A DNA stretch of 64,000 nt from the NCBI GenBank assembly GCA_003693705.1, contig RBZT01000156.1, positions 1-64,000 on the forward strand, read 5' to 3'. The translations under genes were made by a program, and so were the position numbers. The DNA is from Polymyxa betae A26-41. Its lineage: Eukaryota; Protista; Endomyxa: Phytomyxea. The notes beneath the pieces were generated by a model, which was not told the DNA's origin, did not search any database, and worked only from the letters and a program-made list of their open reading frames with translations. Within the stretch, counting starts at the first letter, position 1, and each line of letters starts with the position of its first letter. Shown one piece after another: positions 47,001-57,977 of the stretch.

Positions 47001-49164
47001 CGATGGTACTTCTTTTAAATTCCAGCGGTTGAATCTCTGATTTGTAAAGGATCAAGGCACCAGGTGCATCAAGGGCTTAATTCGAACCTTTATGGAAGTT
47101 GAAGGTTGTTTAAAATCAACTTTCTGTTTACGTGAGCTCAAGTAAATGATTCAAATCAGGGCCCGGGGGTTCAACTTACATCAGCACCTTGCAATCTTTA
47201 TGCCCTTCATATATCGATAGCACAGATCTGTATGTTTTGCAGTGCTGTAATTGTAATATATATTTTATGATTTTGTGCTTTCAGGTTCTTGTTCAGTGGG
47301 AATCAGCTCCTATCTGAATCGAGTAATCAATCGTTTCAAGGCAAGTCGGTTAAGCTGCAACGTGAAGCCATTGAATCTTTCAAAAAGGTTTCATCTTCGT
47401 GGCACAATGCGTTTTCTAAGGGTTTCTGTAGGCATCAGCAAATATCGATTTCCCTTTACAGAATGTTACTCCGAAACTGATGGTCGATGCTGACTGTCTC
47501 GCTATCGCTTTTTACTCACATTTTTTTTAGGAAAAGGGATTACTAAGCGATGTTATTGAACTTTGTTTGTGGAGAGCGTCTTCCCTAGATCGCTATATCT
47601 CATCTAGTTCCACGTCTACTGAAGAGGATCGTGTCCGGCGGCAAACTGTGTCTATCAAGCAAAAAAATACCTATCAGGTTTCTATTGCTCATAATAGGTC
47701 GTTCTTTCAAGCTTATTTTCTGTAGGCAGCATGCTCTTGTTTAGACGATGCTTTATCAAACCCGGCTTCAAACATATCTCAGCAACAGATTTCTGCTGCT
47801 TTGTCGATTTGCTTTCAATCATCCTGCCTGACGTTCTTAAATGATTATTTCTTCCCTTTTTATGTCCAGAAGTGCAATGCCAATTATGATGTTGCGTGTG
47901 ACAACTTCCAAAACTACCTCGTTCAGAACCGTTTGGTAAGCTTTTGTAACGACTCTGGTTTCAATAGCATTTATCTTCTGCAGTTTGATCGATTACGTCA
48001 ATACTTTGTAACCCTTCATAAATTCACGGACGGAGCAAAATTCTTTGCTCATCTACCTTTCAATCTCGAGTTGACAGGAAACCATATCACTATCCGGGAT
48101 AGGATTCGGTATGTGGATTGATTTTTGTCAACATAGATTCACAGTTTGCAGTTATCTGGAAATTGCAATTGAACTCAACCGCTATTGCACAACCTCAAAT
48201 GACAACCTAACGTTCGAGCTAAGAAAAGCTATTGAGCTTGGTGAAATCCAATCCCAGCTTATCTCGCATTTGATGTCAGAGAAAGGAAAGCTAAACGAGC
48301 AGGGGTATATTGCTTGTCTGGACATGATAATCTGCTGACGTTCCTATATCAGAATTGCCAACTCTACTACTGTTAGCCTTGACAGTGATCTGTCGTTGTG
48401 CATGTCGAGCCTGCTGAATGGTACTAACGCCTGAATGATCTGTTCGGAAAATGACCTCAAGTCTAGGAGAAAAACTGTACAACATTTCCTGCAGATATGG
48501 GCAGTATGAAACATGCTTGAAGATACTTTTCGTTGAAGATAGTCGTCAACATGGCGACGTGGTCGCTGCACTATATGCCAATATCATTTCTTCTATAATC
48601 AAAGAGCGAGAATCGCTGAGTGCTGATTGGAGGTGACGCTCTTGTTTTTTATTACTGATACTTCTCTCAGCTTTGAGCAGATTGGCTGTAAAAGAAACGA
48701 TTTCTAGGCTTGGCCGTCAATATCGCCTGTCAACCTTCATGTTTCCTGCTTCTTTAATTTGTGAATTATTAGAGCAGTATAATGTCACTAGATCGCTTAC
48801 TGCATCTCAAGCTGCACCTTTCGTTGGGCCGTTGATGCTTGATCAGGTTGATTATCCTGTTGATCAATTAATTGCTATCTACTCGCATCTTATTCGGCAG
48901 TAAGCTAGAATGGGTCGCATAGCCGCAGTGCTAATTTTTGTTAGTTGGACATTATCTCGAGATGGCGTTTACTCGTCAATTCTTTACGTTCTGTCACCAA
49001 GCCATATAGATGCATTATCAAGTAATACTTTACTGTACCAGAAGACGATTTCAAGCGCCATTGCACTTTGTGATCTCTGCCTCTCCTTACCAGATAACTC
49101 CTATACGGATCAGTTTAATCGCTTACGGCAGCTGTACGTGCAGAAGAAAGCCTCTGCTTCCTAG
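44051..49164 (+). CDS. NUP155: Nucleoporin Nup155/Nup170 (highly intron-rich)
   Basis: LPQSILSQFE|RLECKSFSGILPEINRIYITIDNRLILFNY, IISVALVTPKPDVFIDEIEYLLAVATPADIVILG, SHAHSGLYMYASRVIRSVW. Many short exons; exact structure not fully resolved. Confidence 0.85.
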
Positions 49165-49248
49165 TTTCCTTATTTTATCATATATTTAAATTACGATGCT
49201 AGTGTTTTTTACTGTAAATAAATACCAAAGCATACATATACATAAGTA

Positions 49249-50536
49249 TTATCGCTCTCTCATCGAGGCTGTACTTTTCATTAGCAATTCACGTTGATGT
49301 TCTTGATTAAGACGCCGATTACGATTTTCCTCTTTGAGCATGTCAAGTTCTAATCGCTTTGAATGCTCCCTTTTGACGTTGAATTGATATTCACTGGACA
49401 TGGAGTCGAATTCCCTCTCCAAGAACATCAATGTATGTGAATCTGATGCACACTGCGTCTTCAAGTCTATTATATGTAGTTGATAAGAATTCAAATGGCA
49501 ATGTCATTAAATTCACCTAAGACGGCTTTACTCAAAGACGCCAGTTGGTTTTGAATGCGCTTTTCTTCAATATTTAATCGCTCATAATGCGACTTGACAT
49601 CCGAGTAGGATGCATTTTTCTTTGAGATATCAGAATTCATTTCCTGAATGCATTTATCGATTGCGAGCGCATTTCGCGCGAAGACAAGCTCTTTAAGATA
49701 CGTTGCGGGCTCCCGTTCGCAGATATATATGATCAATTGACTCTCATCCTAACTTTCAGTTAGAGGCTTGATAGACAAGGAAATGCATTTTACGGTTTTG
49801 ACAGTCGAAACACATGAAGAGCAGCTTTTAGAATCGATATCGCAGATATAAGAAAATTTATCGAGCTGGAAGATTGTCAGAGTGAATTTCAGATGAGAAT
49901 CGTTATCCAAAGGAGATGGCATCTACGGCAGCAGTTAGCAAGTAGCTACATGATACAGCGAGCCCAACCCTCATTATATCCGGAGCAGGGAACGACTTTA
50001 GGGCTTTGACAAAGACGTTACTCTTTAGTAGCTCCTGCATCCATCTCTTACAAACCAATGAACATACTACAAGCGTCTTTGGATCCAAAAACCGCAATAC
50101 GTCAGCCAGCCATTGCTGAACATGCCCTAATATAAAAGTTAGCTTCAATTACTGTACAAAGAGCAATTCATCACCCTGTTGACATACTTGTCGGTTGATC
50201 AGAACTTGTGATTCCAGATTTCGCGTCCGATTCTGCAGCTCGCAGTGCTGCGAGCGAAGAGCAGATTCTCTCGACAGCAAGCCATAAGTTTCTTCGGCAG
50301 TTTGATTGGTTTTTCTGTCTAATTTAGCTCTTTCATCATCTAGAGCTTCTATCTGATTTCAGCAATTTTAGCACATGTATTTTTAAACAGATATGCAATA
50401 CAGCTTGCCTATGGCGATCTGCGAGGCCTTGCGATTCGATGCAATCTTGTCTTAATTGATCAAATGCCCGATCCTTGATTGCATGCAGCGATACAAACGC
50501 AGAATGCAGAAACCGGTGTTGGATTGTAGCATCCAT
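49249..50536 (-). CDS. F-box protein with coiled-coil regions
   Basis: F-box-like WLADVLRFLDPKTLVVCSLVCKRWMQEL flanked by coiled-coil exons. Multi-exon. Confidence 0.6.
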
Positions 50537-50627
50537 AGCATAGCATCAATGAACTTTGATTGACAACTTTACAAGCTTGACTTTAAGTTTTATTAGCGCA
50601 GCCCTTTCCACGTCATTTCAACTTTCT

Positions 50628-51343
50628 ATGATCAGTCCTGACCCTGAACCGGAACATGACGCCGTCGCAAACAACGCTTCTGATGAAGAGGACGAAGATG
50701 AACAGGAGCCTGAACAGGAGCCTAACGATGACGATGAAGACGAAGATGACGAACCGGCTGCGAAACATGGTGCTGACGCTCCGGCGACTTTAAACTCCTT
50801 GCTGTCACATTCGCAGTTGCAGCAAATGCGCCTTGAGGAACAATTTGAGATGCAAAGAAAGAATAAAATCAGGAGGCAACGGTAATGTTTTGCTCCATGT
50901 CATTTCTATATTTGGAATTAACTTCTGATAGAGAAATATATAATCGTTTGAACGAATCCCAACGTAGCCGCTATGTTGCATTCATTCAAGGAGCCTTCAA
51001 GCAGACTCATGTTAAAAGGGTCGAGGTATTAGTGATATACCGCGATTGAAATATTCAGATCAACTAGGTTATGCTCCCGGTTTTAGAGACATCTAAAGTC
51101 ACTGAGCCCTTAACAATTGTTATGATTGCTATTAGCAAGATGTTTGTGGGCGATTTAGTGGAGCTTAGCCTTGAAATAATGGTGCTTAAGTGCCGAATCG
51201 TATCTGAATTCCGCTAACTCGCGTATTGACAGAATCAATGGGGTCATCAAGGTGCAATACGACCAATCCACTTGCGCGAGGCGTACAGGCGGCTTTACAG
51301 ACGATTGGGATTGAGTTCTCCAAGAAGGTTGTTCTTAAGATAA
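50628..51343 (+). CDS. TAF11: TFIID subunit 11 (TAFII28, histone fold)
   Basis: Acidic N-terminus (GAACAGGAGCCT x2 at 50700..50723), then spliced LNESQRSRYVAF, IVMIAISKMFVGDLVE, GAIRPIHLREAYRRL. Confidence 0.88.
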
Positions 51344-51754
51344 TTCATTTCACGTTAATAATAGTAATGTTTCGAGCTGTCCATTAAACTAGTCCAATCG
51401 CAATCACTTCCAGGAAAACGGATAGCGCTATAGTCGAAATTACCGAATCTTGAAGAAACTGCCCAGTCTCAACTGGCCATGGCCGAATGAGAAATCTTCT
51501 TAGGGACGCGGCCTCGTCTTTGCCATCCAGATCATGCTTCGAGTCCTTGCCGTCCACAACCCCTGATTAGACAGTATTCGTTACAGGCTGTCCACGTTCA
51601 TCATTGTCAATTATAAGCGGTCATTGATGGCATCGCAGCAATAGGCGATTCCAATCGCGATTGCCGGAAGATCGTGACTCATATACCATACCAGCTCGGG
51701 GTAATCTTTCGTCGGGCCTACATTTCATCTCACACTAAACGTCGTTGGTGGATT

Positions 51755-54003
51755 ATGAGTCCCGATCTTCAACTAGAATCGCAAACCCAACATGCTGCAT
51801 TACAATCGACCAATCACATGTCTTATGTCGTAGACGCACACGAGTCGTTTCCTGCAGAGAGCTGCATCATTCGAATAGATAAAGTTATGCATATTCCCGG
51901 AAGTGCATTCGCTCACCTTTTCGGGCGCTCGCTTTGGCTGCGAATAAGTTCAGGGAATCGCCAGCTCTATTTGGATGAAAGCTACGTATTGCAGCCTTTC
52001 AACAATTTATATTTCAACTCGTATGCCGATCTCTCAAGCTTAGATCAGGACTCGGTTGTCGATTTCGAAATATATAGCTGGTACAGCATCTGCTTTAATA
52101 ACTTGCAGCTGATGTAACATTCTTCTAGGGACGTGATGTCGAGCTGGTACAGAATTGGCAAAACGTCGATACCTTTGGGCGAACTGCTTGAGCGGCCTAC
52201 CCGAACCTTACTGCTGCAATTGGATAATGGCGATTTCATGATAAAGAAGTCGCTCAATATCCCGACACAGCTGCATATCGAAATGGTCCATACACCGGAC
52301 GGGTGGAATAAGCCAAGAGAGTCCCCATATTCCGATGTCAGCAAATTCGACAAGCATGTGATGATAATCACGAGGGGAACTAGAGGGGATGTTCAACCGT
52401 TTCTTGCTTTAGCCATCGGGCTAGCTGAGCAGCGAAATTGGCTTGTAACTATCTGTACTGAGCTAGCGTATAAAAACTTCATCAAATCTCATTCTAGGTA
52501 ATAGTACTTTTTCTACTATCTTTTTAACACTGAGTTTCCCTTAGAAATTTAAAGAGAGGTGGGATTCGTTTCCGGCCCTCTGGTGGGGATACGACTGCTC
52601 GCGTCTCAAGAGATTTCATAAAATGGGCTGTGCATTCCAAGTCAGCCGTCATTCAGAGCATGATCCTTGCCCGATCTGAAGCAGAATTTTTTTCTTCGGA
52701 ACCTGTAATGTTCTGGTGGGCAGACGTAATGAGACCATCTGCCATTATATATGGGTAACTGCCGCTATCCCTGCTTTTTTGTCTTATAGCACTCAGTTTG
52801 TATATGTAGGTTCACAATGGCCTCAATCGCTATGATTATCTCTGAAAAGCTTGGCATTCCTATGCTTGGATTCATTCTTCAGCCAACTATGATTCCGTCC
52901 TCACAATATCCTCCACTTGAAAGCCTGAGCCAAAATACGATTCCGTTAATGATTGAGGATTCAATTCTTTCGCATGCCTTCATTGGAACATTAAAGTCAT
53001 ATGTTGACTATCCAACGCTCTCGGGTTTAAGGCGGCGGCGTGGGCTGCCTCCATCAAGTAAAACATGGAGTCTCATTCTTGAGCAAGCGTCTCCTATCAT
53101 CGTTCCTATCAACGAAGTCGCTTTCGGAGGCAGGCCCGAAGATTGGCCGCAGTCTGTTGTGATGTCTGATTTCATTTATTTAATGTAATGTCTTTTAATT
53201 TTATAGGTCATGCCGATAATGACATGAAAATTAGGAATAACGAAATGGAACTAGATCCAGAAATCGTTAAGTTTATTGACACAGCCAAAGCAGGAAGGTT
53301 TCCTGTTATTATGATTGGATTTTCATCAATGTAAATAATGGTATGGAATACTGGACGGCAATTTATATGATATAGGCCTATACCAAGAGAAGAAATCACT
53401 AGAATTGTGATCAAAATCGCAAAACAATGTAAAAAGCAACCCAGAATAATCTCTTTACTGGGAGATGGAATTAGGGAATCAATATCCCCCAAATCCAAAG
53501 CGGTACTGGACCAGCTCATCACGGATGGGATAGTTTACGAATGTCGAGGCGCGCCATTCGGGAAAGTATTTTCTCGTGTCGACTGTGTTATCATCCATGG
53601 AGGACTTGGTGCAACATCAGAAGCTATGAGGGCTGGTATTCCTGTAATATGTACTGGAGTATTACTAATGGATCAAAGGTTAATTCACTGCACTGGCTTT
53701 TTGCCTTGATGTTAATTGAGTTCTAGGTTCTGGGGAAACCGTTGTAAAGCTGTTGGTATTGCGCCAGAAATGAAACATATATCTGCGTTTGCTGCTTGCT
53801 GTGTTTCACAAGTTGATGATGCTCTTGCCGATGGAAACCCCTTTGCTCTTGCAGCCAAGGAGTTTGTTTCAAGAATAAGAGCACCTTTAGATCCTACTGG
53901 TGTGACACTCAATGTTGATACTGTTGTTCAATTACTAGCTAATGCTGCTCCTATATCTACTGTAAGAAGTATATCCAGGGAAGAAGACGTGGCTGCTGGA
54001 TAG
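51755..54003 (+). CDS. Sterol 3-beta-glucosyltransferase (GT1, UGT80/Atg26-like) with N-terminal C2-like domain
   Basis: IITRGTRGDVQPFLALAIGL, ISEKLGIP, RPEDWP, MIGFSSMP, APFGKVFSRVDCVIIHGGLGATSEAMRAGIP, DQRFWG. Confidence 0.85.
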
Positions 54004-54229
54004 TGCATTGCCAACCGTGAATGTTTTCCATTTCCTCTGTTGCTTTAGTAATAGAGGCATTGTAGCAAAAATCATCATAAATCATCAAGCAAAATCCTAA
54101 TGTCACTGCTGTGTTGAATATTTCTTCCCAGATGAGGGCAGTTTATTAGTCTTTTCTGTTCTAAGTTTTGGAAGTAGTATAGCAGGAGTAATCATAAAGT
54201 GGTCGAGCAAATATATTGTAATGTCACCG

Positions 54230-54706
54230 CTAAGTCGATAATGAATCTAAGGCGTCAGTGTTTTCTCTTCCTGGATGATCGCTTTGCAGCCTTTTGTCCA
54301 CTTGCTGGTTATGGTGCTCTCCTGATTTTGTCGTTATATACTGCTGCACTAGCTGGCTCCATTCGAGTTGCTGACTTTTAACCTTTAACGAAACTTATTA
54401 CAATGAAATTGTAATATGAAGTGAAAGTTTTACCCATTCACTTAAATCAGTTATATCAGAAATCGAAACATTCAGTGCATTCAGCCTGTTTGATTCATAA
54501 TCTTTTTCGGCTTCGCCAAACTCAGACTCGCTAAACTCATCGAAATCAACGTCGTCCTCGGAATGCTCGCCTTCATTGCATAATTCCATCAACTCCATAT
54601 CGTAGCCCAGCTCCTCGTCGACGTCGCCATTAGAGTCCTCCGGATCGGTTCGGCTGTTATCCCGCCCAGGCAACTTGAACGGAAACGGATTCTGCTCTCC
54701 TTGCAT
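54230..54706 (-). CDS. Small acidic hypothetical protein (2 exons)
   Basis: Asp/Glu-rich ORF from ATG 54706 that can be spliced (SEW|VKSQQLEW) to a second exon ending in TAG at 54230. No family recognised. Confidence 0.45.
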
Positions 54707-55028
54707 CGGTCTGTATTGTGATGTAATGAATGACAAGAAGATGATTCACAGTGACGAAGCAGCGACGTGAGGGGACCCTTCTCAAGGGTGAGGGGGGCCC
54801 TTCACCACAGCACAGCTGTAACGTAACCCTCTATTTTCTTTCATTCATTCCGATAGAGATAAATGGCAGATTTGTTTGAATTCGGGATGCCACGCGATCA
54901 CGTGTACATGGAGACTTAAATATCTGCTTTTTGGCTGCATACGGATGGCGTCGATCGGGCTATGGAGGGCCCGTATGCTGATTGCTCAGAGAAAATGTAA
55001 TCAGGAATCCAATCGCAGTGTATTTGCG

Positions 55029-56687
55029 ATGAAATCAATGCCGAAAACCCCTTCCAAAATTCATAGCGGATCGAAACAGCATAATAGACGTGTGAAGAAG
55101 ATTAGTTCGATAATTGATAATCGTAATGGGTCAGAGCTGCCAGAAGCTATGAGAATACAGAACGATGAGGCAAACTCGAAGACACCAATGAAGGATGTTG
55201 AATCGGAGCCTTCCTCCAGTTTTCAGCAGGAAAGGGGCTCAGACATTGCACGATTTGGAGAAGGCATAATACCAGACGAAGAATTGAATAGACAAAGGGT
55301 TCGTCGACATCCGAACAAGGTAGATACTTCAGTCGTTTTACTGATTTTATTCAACGAAAAAGCTAATTTATCTCAGAAAAATAATCAATGGGTGACGCTT
55401 CTTAAGAAGGATCTGGAAAACCACCAACATAGTGTAGCTGAAAAACGAGCTGCAAAAATTTCTGGTCAACGGGAATTCGGCAATACCCTTCGAAAACAGA
55501 TTGAACATAACACTCACAAGGCAGCTATGGAGAAGAAGAGACGGCAGGAGGAAGCAGAACAGGTGAGATAACAACAGATTGAACTAATGTCTTTTAAAAT
55601 TGCCCAGCTTGCAAGAGAACTCAAAGAAAAGGAGAAAGATGAGTTTCAAAAACGGGAAATGCAAAAGCAAGTGATCACGAAGAACTGTATGTTCATCCAA
55701 GAGCAGCTAAGAATTCGGCGAGAGGCATCCGAACGAGCCGAAAAAAACAAACATCGTCTGGATTTGCTTGCAAGGTTTTATCGTTGAAGTTTTCAGGCCC
55801 TTCATGATTATTGATAAATACAGTATAGGGAAGCCTTGCAGAGAAAATTAGAAAAGGAAAAACAGCTTGTAGATGAAGCTCGGCGCCGAATTCGTGAAGA
55901 TTTGCAGCATCATCGAGCAGAAAACGAAAGACATATGAAGGAGAAAGCGAACATGTTGGCGGAAGAACGAAAGCGCGACATTGAAGAACAGCAACGGTAG
56001 CGAAATTCAAAAGTCCCCGACAAGTTAGTTAATACCTGATAGGAATATTGCTGCAATGGAAGCTGCAGAGCTAGAAAAACAAAACCGAGTAAAAAAGATT
56101 GCTGATAAAACAGCAGCATTAGAGAAGGAAAGCGAAGTAATGGCAAAAATCATGCAGCAAAAACAGGAAGAAGAGGAAAGAAGAATAAAGAAATATCAAG
56201 AAGAGGTAATGAACTTCTCTATATATATCTTGCGAATTAAACGTTGTTTAGTGTGATGAAAAAGAGAAAATGGAAGAACTGGAAAGAAAGCGAAGACAAA
56301 AGGCTATAATTGAGGACATGAAGAACTCTATTAAACTGCAGCTAGATGAGCGAAGAAGGATCCTATTGATCCAGGCTGAGGAAGCTAAAAAGTAAGACAT
56401 CTTCTATCAGGCATGGATATTTTTACAGATGTGTTCCAGGATAGCATTGACGGCTCGAGAGTTAGCAGCTCAAGAACTAAAACGGCTCAGGAACGAGGTA
56501 TTGTGACATTCCGTTACCCTGAATCTGTTTCTCATAAGCTGATCAGGATCATAAAGCTGAACAGCGAAGACGTCAATACAAAGCAGAGCTTGAACGACAA
56601 ATTCAACTGAGAGACGAGCTCAGTCAAACTGGATTCGATGGCATGAATCAAAATGAGCTAGCCATTAACAGAAATCTATTGAATTAG
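55029..56687 (+). CDS. Trichohyalin-like coiled-coil protein, probable ciliary microtubule inner protein
   Basis: E/K/R/Q-rich helical exons with repeated LxxQI units and a C-terminal MNQNELAINRNLL motif of the kind seen in axonemal coiled-coil MIPs. Confidence 0.55.
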
Positions 56688-56822
56688 CTCCTTCAACTTA
56701 AATTCAGCAGCGATAGAATACATCCAACTCATTTAATCATCTATGAGAGTAGAGTTTCATAAAGATCTGATTGAATAATAAATAGTTTAGATTTTACAAT
56801 TTGTAAAGCACAATTGATGTGC

Positions 56823-57833
56823 TTAGAAACCAGGTACAGCAAAATTGCTCTGGAAAGAATTGTTGGCAAACGGATCATACTGGGGGAAATTATTAGAATT
56901 GAAGCCAGGCTGATTTGGTGAAGATGGAGTAGGATATGGTGGCATCAAGTGGCGGCTATTATCAGAAGGCGAAGGCTTCCAGAATTGGGACGGATCAATC
57001 GGATCAGTGCCTGGCTGCCTACTTCCCGATTGCCTTGGACTTAGATACTGAATCAACCTCCTAATTATTAGAAGCGATAACGATAATGTTAGGAACGTTG
57101 GCATCCAACTCCAGCGTCCTTGACCCGAATCTTTCCACAGCCCCTCAAACTCAAGTTTTCGTGCTTCATTTCTCCGCCCGAGGAAATTCAGGATCATATG
57201 CCTGATCTTGAGGTACAATAAATAAATAGCTCGAATTGATCCAAATGCTCCAAAGAAAGCAGCAAGCTCATGGCGCAGCATTGAAGCATTAGTCAGTAGC
57301 TGAACAACAGATGAGAACGACATCTGCAGAGCATCCAGGTTCATGTGCAGAATCTGGGAAAATCTCCCGAATGAGCTGACATGCTGCTGAATTCCAGACA
57401 TGACGGCATGACCAGAATTGATTAAGAAATTAGCAGGATGACCGCCTTTATAAGCATCCAATTGATTTCCAAAAGGCATCGAGTTGTAAGGACGCATTCC
57501 CCATTGGTTATACATAGGCGAATGGGTATTCCCATAAGAGTTTCCATATGAACAGCCATAACCACCATAACCACCATACATGCCATTATGCAGTCCTCCT
57601 CCATACCCAGATCCACCGTATGACGATGTCATGTAGGTATTGGAAGGAGAGTTTCCGAAAGAAGACTGATTGTATCCAAACGAGCTGGGCTGGGAGATGG
57701 ACGCAGGTGGAGACGAGTAGGTCGCGGTCTGCTGAATCTGCTGCTCAGTGGTGGTAGTTGACAATGATGGCGGCTGCTGAGGTGTATCTGACTGTGATCG
57801 CTGCCATGGCTTCGGAGGTGATACTAATGCCAT
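56823..57833 (-). CDS. PEX13: Peroxin 13 (SH3-less, plant-like)
   Basis: Intronless. SPPKPWQ N-terminal motif, YG-rich region, SFGRFSQILHMNLDALQMSFSSVVQLL amphipathic region, TM WSWMPTFLTLSLSLLII. Confidence 0.85.
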   Translation of the reverse strand: MALVSPPKPWQRSQSDTPQQPPSLSTTTTEQQIQQTATYSSPPASISQPSSFGYNQSSFGNSPSNTYMTSSYGGSGYGGGLHNGMYGGYGGYGCSYGNSYGNTHSPMYNQWGMRPYNSMPFGNQLDAYKGGHPANFLINSGHAVMSGIQQHVSSFGRFSQILHMNLDALQMSFSSVVQLLTNASMLRHELAAFFGAFGSIRAIYLLYLKIRHMILNFLGRRNEARKLEFEGLWKDSGQGRWSWMPTFLTLSLSLLIIRRLIQYLSPRQSGSRQPGTDPIDPSQFWKPSPSDNSRHLMPPYPTPSSPNQPGFNSNNFPQYDPFANNSFQSNFAVPGF

Positions 57834-57977
57834 GATGTAAAACTAAGCGAATTAATGTGAATAAGGGGACATCTATAGTGAAGGAAGAGATAATACTGAA
57901 TAAGGATGATACGGACCTCACATACACAGGCAGTTATATAAACCATAAAACCCTAACCGAAAAGGTATATGTTTTCT

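Noticed and set aside
57948-57956. AAACCCTAA telomere/telo-box-like motif
   Set aside because: Single copy, expected by chance; no array.
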